The notes beneath the pieces were generated by a model that saw nothing but the letters and a program-made list of their open reading frames with translations, ran no database searches and was not told the DNA's origin. Below, piece after piece: positions 47,534 through 58,687 of a stretch of DNA of 64,000 nt. How positions within the stretch are numbered: the first letter of the stretch is position 1; the number at the start of each line of letters is the position of its first letter. Origin of the DNA: Lachnospiraceae bacterium (GTDB lineage: Bacteria; Bacillota; Clostridia; Lachnospirales; Lachnospiraceae); NCBI GenBank assembly GCA_029219245.1, contig JAQXTA010000011.1, positions 7,977-71,976 of the forward strand, given 5' to 3'. A program made the position numbers and the translations under genes.

Positions 47534-48526
47534 ATGAACGCATTAAATTTGGCACAGGAAATTATTGAGGGTAGAAGAATTACGCGAGAGGATGACTTGT
47601 CTTTTTTTCTAACCTGTGATTTGAAGGAATTATGTGAGGGTGCTGACCGTATCCGGGCATATTTTATCGGAGATAAGGTAGACCTTTGCTCTATCATCAA
47701 CGGGCGCAGCGGGCGATGCCCGGAGGACTGCAAATATTGTGCGCAGTCCGCACATCATCATACGGATTGTGAGGTTTATGACTTCCTGCCGGAAGAAAAA
47801 ATCGTGGAAGCTTGTAAGATGAATGAGAGTGAAGGGGTAGACCGTTTTTCCATCGTGACATCTGGCCGGGCGCTGACTGGCGAAGAATTTGACAAAGCGA
47901 TTCACGCATTTGAAACAATGCATCAGGAATGTAAGATTGATTTGTGTGCTTCTATGGGCTTTCTGGATGAAGAGCAGCTTCATCGTCTGCACGAGGCTGG
48001 TGTGACAAGCTATCACCATAATATTGAGACTTCAAAACGAAACTTCCCTAATATCTGTACTACCCATACTTATGATCAGAAGATAGAAACTCTGAAAAAA
48101 GTTAAGGCAGAGGGTATGTGTGCCTGCTCCGGCGGCATTATCGGAATGGGCGAGACCTGGGAAGACCGTCTGGATATGGCAGTCAGCTTAGCGGAGCTTG
48201 GAATTGACTCCATTCCGTTAAATGCCCTGATGCCCATCAAAGGAACGCCATTGGAAAACCTTCCGCGGCTGACAGAGGATGAGATATTAAGAACCATTGC
48301 CTTTTTCCGTTATATCAATCCTTTGGCAAACATCCGTCTGGCAGCAGGTCGGGCACTTTTGACAAACGATGGCGAAATTGCATTCCAGTCCGGCGCATCG
48401 GCTTCCATTACAGGCAATATGCTGACGACTGCCGCTTGTGCGACGATTCGCAGTGACCGGGAGATGCTGCAAAGGCTGCATCGGGATGTAATACCGGATT
48501 ATTGGAAAGAGGAGTTAAACAAATAA
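47534..48526 (+). CDS. bioB: Biotin synthase
   Basis: CPEDCKYCAQS radical SAM motif, YHHNIET, CSGGIIGMGE, IRLAAGR. Confidence 0.95.
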   Translation: MNALNLAQEIIEGRRITREDDLSFFLTCDLKELCEGADRIRAYFIGDKVDLCSIINGRSGRCPEDCKYCAQSAHHHTDCEVYDFLPEEKIVEACKMNESEGVDRFSIVTSGRALTGEEFDKAIHAFETMHQECKIDLCASMGFLDEEQLHRLHEAGVTSYHHNIETSKRNFPNICTTHTYDQKIETLKKVKAEGMCACSGGIIGMGETWEDRLDMAVSLAELGIDSIPLNALMPIKGTPLENLPRLTEDEILRTIAFFRYINPLANIRLAAGRALLTNDGEIAFQSGASASITGNMLTTAACATIRSDREMLQRLHRDVIPDYWKEELNK

Positions 48527-48595
48527 CAGGTGGATAACACCACTTTCAACTTCTCACATACCATAATATAAAAGCAGTTGGAAGAAGCTTTGGGT

Positions 48596-49138
48596 ATGAG
48601 AGAAAAGGTATTGGTAAATAAATGCGGTTTTACGGATGTGAAGCCAATTGTGATGGCACTGCCTTATCCTTCTATTCAGGTAAAAGAAAAGAATCCGGAA
48701 TATGCGAATTTGCTGAGTGTTGATTATTGCGGTTCGGTATCGGAGATGTCTGCCATTACGCAGTATATCAACAACGAGAGCCGGTTATCCCTGGAAAATT
48801 GTCCTGTTGCAAAAACCATATTGGGGATTGCTATGGCGGAAATGATGCACTTACAGAAACTGGGAGAATTAATCTTCCTATTAGGTGGAAGGGTTGATTA
48901 TACTGCGAAGTATCGTGATGGCAAGGTAAGAATGTGGACACCGCAGTATCTGAGTATCCCGGAGAATGCCAGAGAAATGATGGTAAAAAATATCGAGGGA
49001 GAAAAAGCGGCTATCCATCAATATAAGATGCATATGAGGATGATAAATGACCATTTTATAAATGAAGTTCTGGAAAGAATTATAAAAGACGAAGAGTATC
49101 ATATCATGATGCTGCAGGTGTTATTGACGGAGTTGTAA
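48596..49138 (+). CDS. Ferritin-like (Mn-catalase/rubrerythrin-type) protein
   Basis: SEMSAITQY, EMMH, EKAAI..Y, DEEYH; upstream ACAC-16-CATACCAT (48537-48564) is SigK-like. Confidence 0.75.
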   Translation: MREKVLVNKCGFTDVKPIVMALPYPSIQVKEKNPEYANLLSVDYCGSVSEMSAITQYINNESRLSLENCPVAKTILGIAMAEMMHLQKLGELIFLLGGRVDYTAKYRDGKVRMWTPQYLSIPENAREMMVKNIEGEKAAIHQYKMHMRMINDHFINEVLERIIKDEEYHIMMLQVLLTEL

Positions 49139-49301
49139 AGTTAAACGGGGCATGAGGATGTAAGTATTCCGATTAAGGCATTTTTTATGATTAAGCAATG
49201 CTCACTGTATATAAATATTTTTACCCTCGAATTCTTTTCTCTAAATCGTACATACTACAATGGAATGTATGAACAAGAGCGAAAGAATCGAGGGTTTCAT
49301 T

Positions 49302-50612
49302 ATGGAAAAAAAGCATCCGCAAGCAACACATCCGGAAACAACGCATCGGGAGATTATTGTGATAGGAGCCGGACTGGCAGGACTTCTGACTGCTTTCTAT
49401 CTGCAGAAGCAGGGGAAAGATGTCCTTATTCTGGAGGCAGACGAAATTGCATCGGGGCAGACCGGACGGACAACCGCTAAAATTACAAGTCAGCATGGAC
49501 TGAAATACAGTAAGCTCATTTCACAGATCGGAATACAAAAGGCGCGTCTGTATGCCCGGGCAAATGAGGAAGCGATTCGGGAATATGAAAGACTGATTAG
49601 AACAGAGGGAATAGCATGTCAGTTTAAGCGGGTATCTGCCTGTCTCTATACGTTACAGGAAGAAGATGCGCTGTTACGGGAAGCGGAAGCAGCCGCTTCC
49701 CTTGGTATCGATGCCTATTTTACCCGGGAAACGGAATTACCTTTTCAGGTAGCGGGTGCGGTATATTTTCGGAATCAGGCACAGTTTTCCCCGATAGAAT
49801 TTATACGGCATATTTCAGCGGATTTGGAAATATGGGAACATACTAAAGTAACCCACATCCGGGGAAACTGTGTTTTGACAGCCGATATGGAATTGACAGC
49901 CGATGACATTATTGTTGCTACGCATTATCCAATCCGGAATGTACCGGGATTTTACTTTTTGCGGCAGCATCAGGAAAGAAGTTGTGTGTTGCAGCTTTCA
50001 GGTTGTGAGAGGATAGAAGGGATGTATTATGGCATGGATGCGGACGGACTTTCTTTCCGGCAGGCAGGAGAATATCTGCTCTTGGGCGGCAGCTCTTACC
50101 GTACCGGAGAAAACAAATGCGGTGGAACTTATGACAGACTGGCACAGGCAGCGAAACAGTTTTATCCGGATTGCAAAGAAGAAAGCCGCTGGTCAGCCCA
50201 GGACTGCATGCCACATGACGAAATCCCTTTCATTGGACAATATTCCATCTTCACACCGCATCTTTATGTGATAACGGGATTTCAGAAATGGGGCATGACT
50301 TTATCCATGATTGCAGCCATGCTTCTGAGGGATGAAGTGTGCGCCATTGAAAATCCGTATGAAAAACTGTTCTCTCCGCAGAGACTACATTTGCGTGCAG
50401 CAACCGGCAATTTTCTGAAGGATGTTGGCATGAGCGTAATGGGGCTGGGAAAAGGATTTTTCTTAGGGAAAAAACCAAAATGTGCCCATATGGGATGTGC
50501 ACTTTCCTGGAATCCGGATGAGCAAAGCTATGACTGTGCCTGTCATGGCTCCCGGTATGACGCAGACGGGAAATTATTAGATAATCCGTCAAAGAAGGAC
50601 ATAGTGAAATAG
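49302..50612 (+). CDS. FAD-dependent oxidoreductase with C-terminal Rieske domain (YhfW-like)
   Basis: GAGLAG, TGRTTAKIT, WSAQD, CAHMGC...CACHGS; upstream GAATT-17-CATACTA (49229-49257) is SigG-like. Confidence 0.88.
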   Translation: MEKKHPQATHPETTHREIIVIGAGLAGLLTAFYLQKQGKDVLILEADEIASGQTGRTTAKITSQHGLKYSKLISQIGIQKARLYARANEEAIREYERLIRTEGIACQFKRVSACLYTLQEEDALLREAEAAASLGIDAYFTRETELPFQVAGAVYFRNQAQFSPIEFIRHISADLEIWEHTKVTHIRGNCVLTADMELTADDIIVATHYPIRNVPGFYFLRQHQERSCVLQLSGCERIEGMYYGMDADGLSFRQAGEYLLLGGSSYRTGENKCGGTYDRLAQAAKQFYPDCKEESRWSAQDCMPHDEIPFIGQYSIFTPHLYVITGFQKWGMTLSMIAAMLLRDEVCAIENPYEKLFSPQRLHLRAATGNFLKDVGMSVMGLGKGFFLGKKPKCAHMGCALSWNPDEQSYDCACHGSRYDADGKLLDNPSKKDIVK

Positions 50613-50685
50613 CTGCATGTCGTATTGACAATCACAAAGGAATGGAATATAATACAAAAAAAGACGAGAAAGAGTGAGCGAAATT

Positions 50686-52059
50686 ATGTCAGAAAGAAAC
50701 ATTCCTTACAAAATCTACCTGGAAGAAAATGAAATGCCAAAAGCATGGTATAATCTTCGTGCTGATATGAAGAACAAACCGGCACCGCTTCTGAATCCAG
50801 GTACCTTGAAGCCAATGACGGCTGATGAATTAAGACCTGTTTTCTGTGATGAATTGATTAAGCAGGAATTGGATGATACGACGGCTTTTTTTGAGATTCC
50901 GGAAGAAATCCGAAATTTCTATAAGATGTACCGCCCGTCTCCATTAGTCAGAGCATACTGTCTGGAGGAAAAATTACAGACTCCGGCCAAAATTTACTAT
51001 AAATTTGAAGGAAACAACACAAGCGGCAGCCATAAACTGAATTCTGCCATCGCACAGGCGTATTACGCCAAGAAACAAGGACTTAAGGGTGTTACCACAG
51101 AAACCGGAGCCGGACAATGGGGTACCGCACTTTCTATGGCATGTTCTTACTTTGATTTGGACTGCAAAGTATATATGGTAAAAGTTTCCTATGAACAGAA
51201 ACCTTTCCGGCGTGAAGTCATGAGGACCTACGGAGCATCCGTTACACCTTCTCCGTCCGCCGAAACAGAGGTTGGCAAAAGAATTCTGGAGAAACATCCG
51301 GGAACAACGGGAAGTCTGGGCTGCGCTATTTCAGAAGCTGTTGAGAAGGCAACGACCACAGAAGGCTATCGTTATGTTCTGGGAAGCGTTTTAAATCAGG
51401 TATTGTTGCATCAGTCTGTAATTGGTCTGGAAGCGAAAGCAGCTTTGGACAAATACGATATTAAGGCTGATATCATCATTGGCTGTGCAGGTGGTGGTTC
51501 CAATCTGGGAGGACTGATTGCACCGTTTATGGGTGAAAAACTTCGTGGAGAAAATGACTATCGAATCATCGCTGTTGAGCCTGCATCCTGTCCGAGCTTT
51601 ACACGCGGCAAGTATGCATATGATTTCTGTGATACGGGAATGGTCTGCCCACTTGCCAAAATGTACACTTTGGGAAGTGATTTTATCCCTGCTCCAAACC
51701 ATGCCGGTGGTCTTCGCTATCATGGTATGAGCTCCACTCTTTCCCAGTTATATGATGACGGACTCATGGAGGCAGTTTCCGTACAGCAGACGGATGTATT
51801 CAAAGCTGCCGAATATTTTGCAAGGGTAGAGGGGATTCTTCCGGCACCGGAGAGTTCACATGCTATCAGGGTTGCGATTGACGAGGCACTGAAATGTAAA
51901 GAAACCGGAGAAGAAAAAACGATTGTATTCGGTCTTACGGGAACAGGATACTTTGATATGGTAGCATATCAGAAATTCCATGATGGTGAGATGGAAAATT
52001 ACATTCCCTCCGATGCGGAAATTGCAGAAAGTCTTTCCAAATTACCTGTTGTAGAATAG
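50686..52059 (+). CDS. TrpB-like PLP enzyme (TrpB2)
   Basis: SGSHKLNSA, TETGAGQWG, GGGSN, HAGGLRYHG, PAPESSHA. Confidence 0.92.
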   Translation: MSERNIPYKIYLEENEMPKAWYNLRADMKNKPAPLLNPGTLKPMTADELRPVFCDELIKQELDDTTAFFEIPEEIRNFYKMYRPSPLVRAYCLEEKLQTPAKIYYKFEGNNTSGSHKLNSAIAQAYYAKKQGLKGVTTETGAGQWGTALSMACSYFDLDCKVYMVKVSYEQKPFRREVMRTYGASVTPSPSAETEVGKRILEKHPGTTGSLGCAISEAVEKATTTEGYRYVLGSVLNQVLLHQSVIGLEAKAALDKYDIKADIIIGCAGGGSNLGGLIAPFMGEKLRGENDYRIIAVEPASCPSFTRGKYAYDFCDTGMVCPLAKMYTLGSDFIPAPNHAGGLRYHGMSSTLSQLYDDGLMEAVSVQQTDVFKAAEYFARVEGILPAPESSHAIRVAIDEALKCKETGEEKTIVFGLTGTGYFDMVAYQKFHDGEMENYIPSDAEIAESLSKLPVVE

Positions 52060-52171
52060 TATTTTTGTAAACTGATTCTCCGGCTTACAGGTTCGTGAAT
52101 AAGTAATTTGGACAATATGGGGCGATATAATTGACAAACAAATTTTCCCATGATAAAATTTATCAATAAAA

Positions 52172-52262
52172 TCCCATGAGGGAGTAGCAAGCGTATATCG
52201 TAGCAAGTCAACATACTGACCGTAAGGTCTGGCTTGTTTTAAATTGCGAGACTCATGTATAA
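52172..52262 (+). ncRNA. yybP-ykoY manganese riboswitch
   Basis: ATGAGGGAGTAGCAA...GTCAACATAC...GGC...TTGCGAGACTCAT upstream of mntP. Confidence 0.8.
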
Positions 52263-52301
52263 CGTGAAAGCTATACATGGAGTCAATATATTGTGTGCAT
52301 T

Positions 52302-52338
52302 ACCCAGGTATAGTTTTAATGCTGTACCTGGGTTTTTA
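52302..52338 (+). terminator. Riboswitch-associated terminator
   Basis: acccaggtatag...ctgtacctgggt followed by TTTT. Confidence 0.7.
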
Positions 52339-52379
52339 TGTGATTCAAAAATTCTTGGAAGGATACAGGAGAGAAGAAG

Positions 52380-52964
52380 ATGGAATTTAGCTTTGTGTTT
52401 TTCTTTAACAGTGTGTTACTTGGTATAGGACTTGCAATGGATGCTTTTTCGGTGTCGGTTGCCAATGGTTTGCATGAGCCGCAGATGAAACGGAAAAAGA
52501 TGTGTACAATTGCAGGTGTATTTGCCTGGTTTCAGGCACTGATGCCGATGATTGGCTGGATATGTGTGCATACCATTGTTCAATATTTTCAGGCATTTTC
52601 CAGATTTATTCCCTGGATTGCTTTGATTTTACTGCTTTTTATCGGAGGAAAAATGTTGATAGAAGGAATCAAAAATGCAGAAGAAGAGGCAGAATCGCCA
52701 AAGGTTGGGGTTGCCGCGTTGATGGTACAGGGTATTGCGACATCCATTGATGCGTTGTCAGTTGGTTTTACGATTTCGGAATATGGACTTCTCATGGCAC
52801 TTATCTGTGCAATTATTATTGCAGTAGTAACTTTTCTGATCTGTATGGCGGGTGTTATCATCGGAAAAAAATTCGGGAACATCTTTTCCGGAAAAGCGGA
52901 AGTTCTCGGTGGTGTAATCCTGATAGTGATTGGTATTGAAATCTTCATTACAGGAGTATTTTAA
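52380..52964 (+). CDS. mntP: Manganese efflux pump MntP
   Basis: GLAMDAFSVS, FQALMP, ATSIDALSVG, AEVLGGVILI. Confidence 0.93.
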   Translation: MEFSFVFFFNSVLLGIGLAMDAFSVSVANGLHEPQMKRKKMCTIAGVFAWFQALMPMIGWICVHTIVQYFQAFSRFIPWIALILLLFIGGKMLIEGIKNAEEEAESPKVGVAALMVQGIATSIDALSVGFTISEYGLLMALICAIIIAVVTFLICMAGVIIGKKFGNIFSGKAEVLGGVILIVIGIEIFITGVF

Positions 52965-53069
52965 AGGATAACTATCTTTTTTGTAACCATTTTAAATAAT
53001 TTTAGGAGAAAAAACAGATTTTCTATGGTAAAATAAAAAAAATATAGTGAAAAGGAGCCTGAATGAATT

Positions 53070-54245
53070 ATGAAGTTGGAATGGAAGACTTGCTTTCGTA
53101 TAGGAGCAAGTGTATTTCTCCTGTATTTATGCATTAGTTACTGGTCCGCGGTGACAGGTGTTCTATCTATGGCATTTCATGCGGCATCGCCCCTTCTGGT
53201 AGGTGGTGTGGTTGCTTATCTGCTAAACATACTGATGGGCTGGTATGAGAAGCATTATTTCCCGAAAAACAATAAAAACAAAATGATACTTTACAGCAGA
53301 AGACCGGTTTGTATGATAGTTGCCATGCTGACCTTGATTATTATTATTGCTGCGGTAACAGGTTTGGTACTTCCCCAGTTTATTTCCTGTATCCGGCTGC
53401 TGGTTGCAAATATACCGCCGGCAATGGAATCACTGTTGAATAACGAAATGATTATGAGCTTTATACCGGAAAATCTGGAGGAAACGCTCTCGGCAATTGA
53501 CTGGCAGAATACGATTTCCAAACTTTTTACTTATGTCAGTTCGGGAATCGGAGATGTGATGGGATTTACGGTAAGTGCGGTTACCACCGTTTTTTCTTCG
53601 GTTGTAACAGGATTTTTGAGCATTATTTTTGCGATATATCTGCTTCTGGGTAAGGAACGGCTTGGTGCACAGGTATTGCGGGTAGCTCATAATTATATGA
53701 AGACATCATGGTGTCAGAAGCTTTCCTACCTTTTAACGGTATTTAACGACTGTTTCCGGAGTTATATTGTGGGACAGTGTACCGAAGCAGTTATATTAGG
53801 AAGTTTATGTGCCATCGGTATGGCAATTCTGCAGTTGCCGTATGCGACGATGATTGGTGCTTTGGTAGGACTGACTGCCTTGATTCCGGTGGCCGGTGCT
53901 TATATTGGAGCGATTGTCGGGGCAATCATGATATTGACGGTTTCCCCGATAAAAGCGGTTATTTTCATTGTTTTTCTGGTTATATTGCAGCAGTTGGAAG
54001 GTAATCTGATTTATCCGCGTGTGGTTGGTTCTTCAGTCGGTCTTCCGGGCTTATGGGTGTTAGCAGCCGTTACAATTGGCGGTGGTTTATCCGGTGTTTT
54101 CGGTATGCTGATTGGTGTTCCGATTACGGCGGCATTGTATCGGATTCTTCGGGAAGATGTAAAAAGGCGGGAAAATGAAAAAAATTCCATTTTGATAATT
54201 CAGGAAGAAAAAGAGAATGAGAAAATGGAAGTACAGGAGGATTAG
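53070..54245 (+). CDS. AI-2E family transporter
   Basis: YIVGQ, LIPVAGAYIG, QQLEGNLIYPRVVG. Confidence 0.9.
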   Translation: MKLEWKTCFRIGASVFLLYLCISYWSAVTGVLSMAFHAASPLLVGGVVAYLLNILMGWYEKHYFPKNNKNKMILYSRRPVCMIVAMLTLIIIIAAVTGLVLPQFISCIRLLVANIPPAMESLLNNEMIMSFIPENLEETLSAIDWQNTISKLFTYVSSGIGDVMGFTVSAVTTVFSSVVTGFLSIIFAIYLLLGKERLGAQVLRVAHNYMKTSWCQKLSYLLTVFNDCFRSYIVGQCTEAVILGSLCAIGMAILQLPYATMIGALVGLTALIPVAGAYIGAIVGAIMILTVSPIKAVIFIVFLVILQQLEGNLIYPRVVGSSVGLPGLWVLAAVTIGGGLSGVFGMLIGVPITAALYRILREDVKRRENEKNSILIIQEEKENEKMEVQED

Positions 54246-54248
54246 AAC

Positions 54249-54815
54249 ATGAATAAAACGAAAAAATTAACTTTATCAGCAATGTTTGTTGCCATTGGAT
54301 TAGTGTTGCCGTTTCTGACGGGACAAGTTCCACAGATAGGCAATATGCTTTGTCCGATGCATATACCGGTGCTTTTGTGCGGATTGATCTGTGGATGGAA
54401 ATATGGTGCAACTGTCGGATTTGCCCTGCCGCTGTTACGCTATGCTCTTTTTGGAATGCCAATTCTGTTCCCAACAGGAATTGCCATGGCATTTGAACTT
54501 GCTACCTATGGACTGGTGGTTGGCTTATGGTACAGTAAATCAAAGTGGCAGTGTATCATTTCGTTATACAGGGCTTTGATTGCAGCCATGCTTCTGGGGA
54601 GGATTGTATGGGGATTTGCGCAGATTACTCTGCTTGGCATAAGCGGAAATGCTTTTACCTGGCAGATGTTTATGGCAGGAGCCTTCTTGAATGCAATTCC
54701 GGGTATTATTCTGCAGCTTGTTTTTATACCGGCAGTTATGGTGGCATTGCATCGGACCGGACTTGTTCCTTTCCATAAGGGAGCAGCAAAGGAAACCGTG
54801 AGGGAAACAGCTTAG
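54249..54815 (+). CDS. ECF transporter S component
   Basis: LTLSAMFVA..LP, PMHIPVLLCG, PGIILQL. Confidence 0.85.
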   Translation: MNKTKKLTLSAMFVAIGLVLPFLTGQVPQIGNMLCPMHIPVLLCGLICGWKYGATVGFALPLLRYALFGMPILFPTGIAMAFELATYGLVVGLWYSKSKWQCIISLYRALIAAMLLGRIVWGFAQITLLGISGNAFTWQMFMAGAFLNAIPGIILQLVFIPAVMVALHRTGLVPFHKGAAKETVRETA

Positions 54816-54827
54816 TGGAGTAAAGCT

Positions 54828-55403
54828 ATGATGATAGACAAGGACTTTTTGATAAAGGAAATATCGAAGCTGCAAAGCAGACAGGGAAGAGTTTTGCTTG
54901 GAATTGACGGCAGATGTGCTTCGGGAAAAACAACTCTGGCAGCACAGCTTAAAAAGGAGCTGCATTGCAATGTAATTCCGATGGATCATTTCTTTCTGAG
55001 ACCAGAACAAAGAACGGAAGAACGCTTTCGTGAACCGGGTGGTAATGTAGATTATGAGCGCTTTTTACAGGAGGTTCTCACACCGCTGCAAAAAGGAGAG
55101 AGGTTTTCATACCGTCCCTTTGATTGTCATCAGATGGACTTTGCGGATGCAGTGCAGGTGGAGACAGGGGAAATACCGATTACACTTGTGGAAGGAAGTT
55201 ATTCCTGTCACCCGAAGCTATGGGGTGCTTATGATATTCGTCTTTTTATGACAACAGATAAACAGACACAAATGAAGCGTATACGAGAGCGAGAAGGGGA
55301 AAGCCAAGCGATTGTTTTTGAGCAGAGGTGGATTCCGTTAGAGGAACAGTATTTTTCTTTTTATGCTATCAAGGACAAATGTGAATATTGTATGCAAACA
55401 TAA
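54828..55403 (+). CDS. Uridine-kinase-like P-loop protein
   Basis: GIDGRCASGKTT, MDHFF, VEGSYS. Confidence 0.8.
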   Translation: MMIDKDFLIKEISKLQSRQGRVLLGIDGRCASGKTTLAAQLKKELHCNVIPMDHFFLRPEQRTEERFREPGGNVDYERFLQEVLTPLQKGERFSYRPFDCHQMDFADAVQVETGEIPITLVEGSYSCHPKLWGAYDIRLFMTTDKQTQMKRIREREGESQAIVFEQRWIPLEEQYFSFYAIKDKCEYCMQT

Positions 55404-55577
55404 TCTTACAAGAGAAAATAGAAGAGATATTATGCATAACGACCAAAAAATGAAGAAAAATGAAAATAATATGTGTAAAATGACGAAAATGGTTGCTGCT
55501 ATAGTTTCGTAATGTTATAATGCTTAAAAGGCTATAGCATAAATATAGTCTGAAAATCGTGGAAGTGAGGGGTTGCG

Positions 55578-57122
55578 ATGAATACAAATATTATTGAGGA
55601 GTATATGAATAAAGCATATACTATTGTGATGATGGTTATTACAAGTGCCTGCATATGTGCGGGAGTGACTTTTACAGGTCTGAAGATACTTGGATTTTAT
55701 CCGGTTGTATCGTGGGTTACATTGATTATTTTTGTAATTACCTGTATATTGTATTTCCTGATTGGTTTATGGTTTGTCCGCCATTCTTATGAAACAGATT
55801 TGAATGGAAATAAAAGAATTAAACCGGATATGCTTAAAAAGGGTAAAATATTTATAAGCATTATTCTGGTTATCCAGTTTAATTTTATTATTTACATGAC
55901 ACCCAGCAGGGAGTTCTGGGCTTATGCATTCTTCTTCCTGATTTTATCGGCATTTTTCCTGGATTTGAAAATGACCGGTATTGCATCAGCAGGGATACTG
56001 CTATCGATTGTGGTTGCGAGTTTTATCAAAGCTGGTACAATACTTCCGGTAATGGATGAAAATTTCATACCGGAAATGGTCTTAAGAATTATTTGTCTGG
56101 TACTTTCCGTTGCTGCTATTTTGCTTATGACGTTTTTGATTGGTCATTATCTGATTAATGTGAAACAGGATCAGCTTGAAGAAAATAACAATAAAGTCGA
56201 GATGGTTCTTGCAAAAGTCACTTCCTTAGTAGACGATTTAAGTAAAACGAGTCTTGAATTGACGGAAATTTCACAGAATGAAAGTTCATCGACGGAGGAA
56301 CTGTCGGCAACAAGTGCTTCTTTACTTGATGCAAGTAATAATATGCTTCAGGAAACACAGATGAGCAAAGAAAATATGGCATCTTTGGAAGAATGTTCGG
56401 ATGAACTGGATAGAAATATTCTGGATGTGGAGAGAATTTCCAGGAGTCTGCTTGAAAAATCCGAAGCAAACAATGTGCTGTTGAAAGAACTGCAGGAAAA
56501 GAACAAAGAAGTAGTGGATTCTTCCCTGAATACACAGAAAATGTCCGAAGCACTATTGGAATGTGTAGATGAAATCGGTATTGCATTGAAGGTAATCGGT
56601 GAACTTTCTTCTTCAACAAGCTTACTTGCGCTAAATGCATCTATAGAGGCTGCAAGAGCCGGTGAAGCAGGGAAAGGTTTTGCAGTAGTTGCGGAATCGG
56701 TTGGAGGACTGGCAGCAAGTACCAAGGAGTCTTTGAGTGATATTCAGGCTGTTATTGATAAATTACAGACGAATGTAAAAGAAATGTCGGTATCGGTAGA
56801 ACAGAGTACGGATAGTCTGGAAAGGCAGAATGAGACTTTTGGACAGACCTTTGCAAGTATTGAAGATATGATGCACGTTATCGGTGAATCGCTGAATGCT
56901 ATTACTGCTATGAATGCAGTACATGGAAAGCAGAGTCAGTTGATTAAAACGACCGTATCACTGAATGAAAATCTTCTCGGAGCTATACAGTCTGAGAATG
57001 AGCAGTTCCATAATATTTCAGGTATGATTGAAGATAATACGGAAGATGTAATGCGAATGACATCACAGGCAGAAAAGCTGGAGAATATGATTGGAGATTT
57101 ACAGGCAACTTTGTTAAAATAA
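55578..57122 (+). CDS. Methyl-accepting chemotaxis protein with multi-TM sensor
   Basis: About 6 TM helices; [24 protein letters not shown]. Confidence 0.9.
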   Translation: MNTNIIEEYMNKAYTIVMMVITSACICAGVTFTGLKILGFYPVVSWVTLIIFVITCILYFLIGLWFVRHSYETDLNGNKRIKPDMLKKGKIFISIILVIQFNFIIYMTPSREFWAYAFFFLILSAFFLDLKMTGIASAGILLSIVVASFIKAGTILPVMDENFIPEMVLRIICLVLSVAAILLMTFLIGHYLINVKQDQLEENNNKVEMVLAKVTSLVDDLSKTSLELTEISQNESSSTEELSATSASLLDASNNMLQETQMSKENMASLEECSDELDRNILDVERISRSLLEKSEANNVLLKELQEKNKEVVDSSLNTQKMSEALLECVDEIGIALKVIGELSSSTSLLALNASIEAARAGEAGKGFAVVAESVGGLAASTKESLSDIQAVIDKLQTNVKEMSVSVEQSTDSLERQNETFGQTFASIEDMMHVIGESLNAITAMNAVHGKQSQLIKTTVSLNENLLGAIQSENEQFHNISGMIEDNTEDVMRMTSQAEKLENMIGDLQATLLK

Positions 57123-57133
57123 AGGAATGACCG

Positions 57134-58540
57134 CTATTCGCGGCCATCCCAGCAATACGTACATAATTTGGATTTGTCGATGCCGACTGAGGCAATCATA
57201 TCGTCCAGACGATGATAACGGAGAGAAGTGAAATTTAGCTTCTCTCTTATTTTTTCCAACATCGTCTGATATTCACCCGATTCCGGATTGGCATAAACAC
57301 TCAGAGTTGGGTATTTGTTATCGCCTTCCAGTTCCTTAATGACCTGGCGGGTAATCAGCTCCATCTCCGAAGTAGAGCGGGAGAAATTCAGATATTTACA
57401 ACCAAAGAGTAAAGGAGGGCAGGCCGGACGGATATGCACTTCCTTTGCTCCGCTCTGGTAAAGGAATTCAGTTGTTTCTCGAAGCTGTGTGCCTCGTACA
57501 ATGGAGTCATCAATTAGCAAAAGGCTACGGTCTTTGATTAAATCGTGTACTGGAATCAGTTTCATCTTAGCAATGAGATTACGTTTGCTCTGTATGGTTG
57601 GCATAAAGGAACGCGGCCAGGTCGGCGTATATTTAATAAACGGTCTGGAAAACGGTATGCCGGATTCGTTGGCGTAACCAATAGCATGTGCAGTACCGGA
57701 ATCCGGTACACCGGCTACGATGTCCGGTTGCACATTGTCACGTTTCGCCAGCATGGCACCACAGTTGTAACGCATTTCTTCCACACTGATTCCTTCATAG
57801 GAAGAGGAGGGATAGCCATAATAAATCCAGAGGAAGGTACAGATTTTCATATCCTTTCCCGGCGCGACCAGAGTTCTTGCTCCTTCCGGTGTGACAATGG
57901 CAATCTCACCGGGGCCCAGTTCCCGTTCCGGTGCATAGCCAAGATTTAAATAAGCAAAGCTTTCAAAGGAAACACAGTAAGCAGAGTCTTTTTTTCCAAT
58001 GGTTACCGGTGTTCGTCCTAGACGGTCACGTGCGGCATAGATTCCCTTCGGAGTCATAAGCAGCATGGTCATGGAACCTTCAATTAATTCCTGTGCATAT
58101 TGTAATCCTTCAATTAAGTTTTCTTTTTGGTTAATAATAGCGGCAACTAACTCCGTAGTATTGATTTCGCCACCACTCATTTCCAGAAAATGTGCATGTC
58201 CGCTTTGAAAAAGTTTTCCTACGATTTCCTCTTTGTTGTTGATTTTACCAACGGTTGAAATTGCATAAGTCCCATGGTGGGAACGGATGATTAACGGCTG
58301 CGGTTCATAGTCTGAAATACAGCCAATACCGTAATTCCCATGCATGGTATTTGCATCCTTATCAAATTTCGTACGAAATGGTGCGTTTTCAATGTTGTGA
58401 ATGGCTCTGTCGAAACCTTTTTCTTTGCTGTAAACAGCCATACCGGCACGTCTTGTTCCCAAGTGAGAATGATAGTCCGTACCAAAAAATAAATCAAAAA
58501 CACAATCTTCTTTCGAAGCGACACCAAAAAATCCACCCAT
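57134..58540 (-). CDS. purF: Amidophosphoribosyltransferase
   Basis: ARDRLGRTP, GVPDSG, IDDSIVRGT, CTYCW; N-terminus MGGFFG. Confidence 0.9.
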   Translation of the reverse strand: MGGFFGVASKEDCVFDLFFGTDYHSHLGTRRAGMAVYSKEKGFDRAIHNIENAPFRTKFDKDANTMHGNYGIGCISDYEPQPLIIRSHHGTYAISTVGKINNKEEIVGKLFQSGHAHFLEMSGGEINTTELVAAIINQKENLIEGLQYAQELIEGSMTMLLMTPKGIYAARDRLGRTPVTIGKKDSAYCVSFESFAYLNLGYAPERELGPGEIAIVTPEGARTLVAPGKDMKICTFLWIYYGYPSSSYEGISVEEMRYNCGAMLAKRDNVQPDIVAGVPDSGTAHAIGYANESGIPFSRPFIKYTPTWPRSFMPTIQSKRNLIAKMKLIPVHDLIKDRSLLLIDDSIVRGTQLRETTEFLYQSGAKEVHIRPACPPLLFGCKYLNFSRSTSEMELITRQVIKELEGDNKYPTLSVYANPESGEYQTMLEKIREKLNFTSLRYHRLDDMIASVGIDKSKLCTYCWDGRE

Positions 58541-58687
58541 ATATCCCTAGCTCCTATTCCTTTTATGATTTTTATTTTTTTATCATAAATTCCACAGTAA
58601 TAGTATATAGAAATGTAAAAGCTCTGTCAATTTTTGCTATTCTCTGCTATACTTAAAAAAACAGAAAATGATGGGGAGAGTCGGAAA

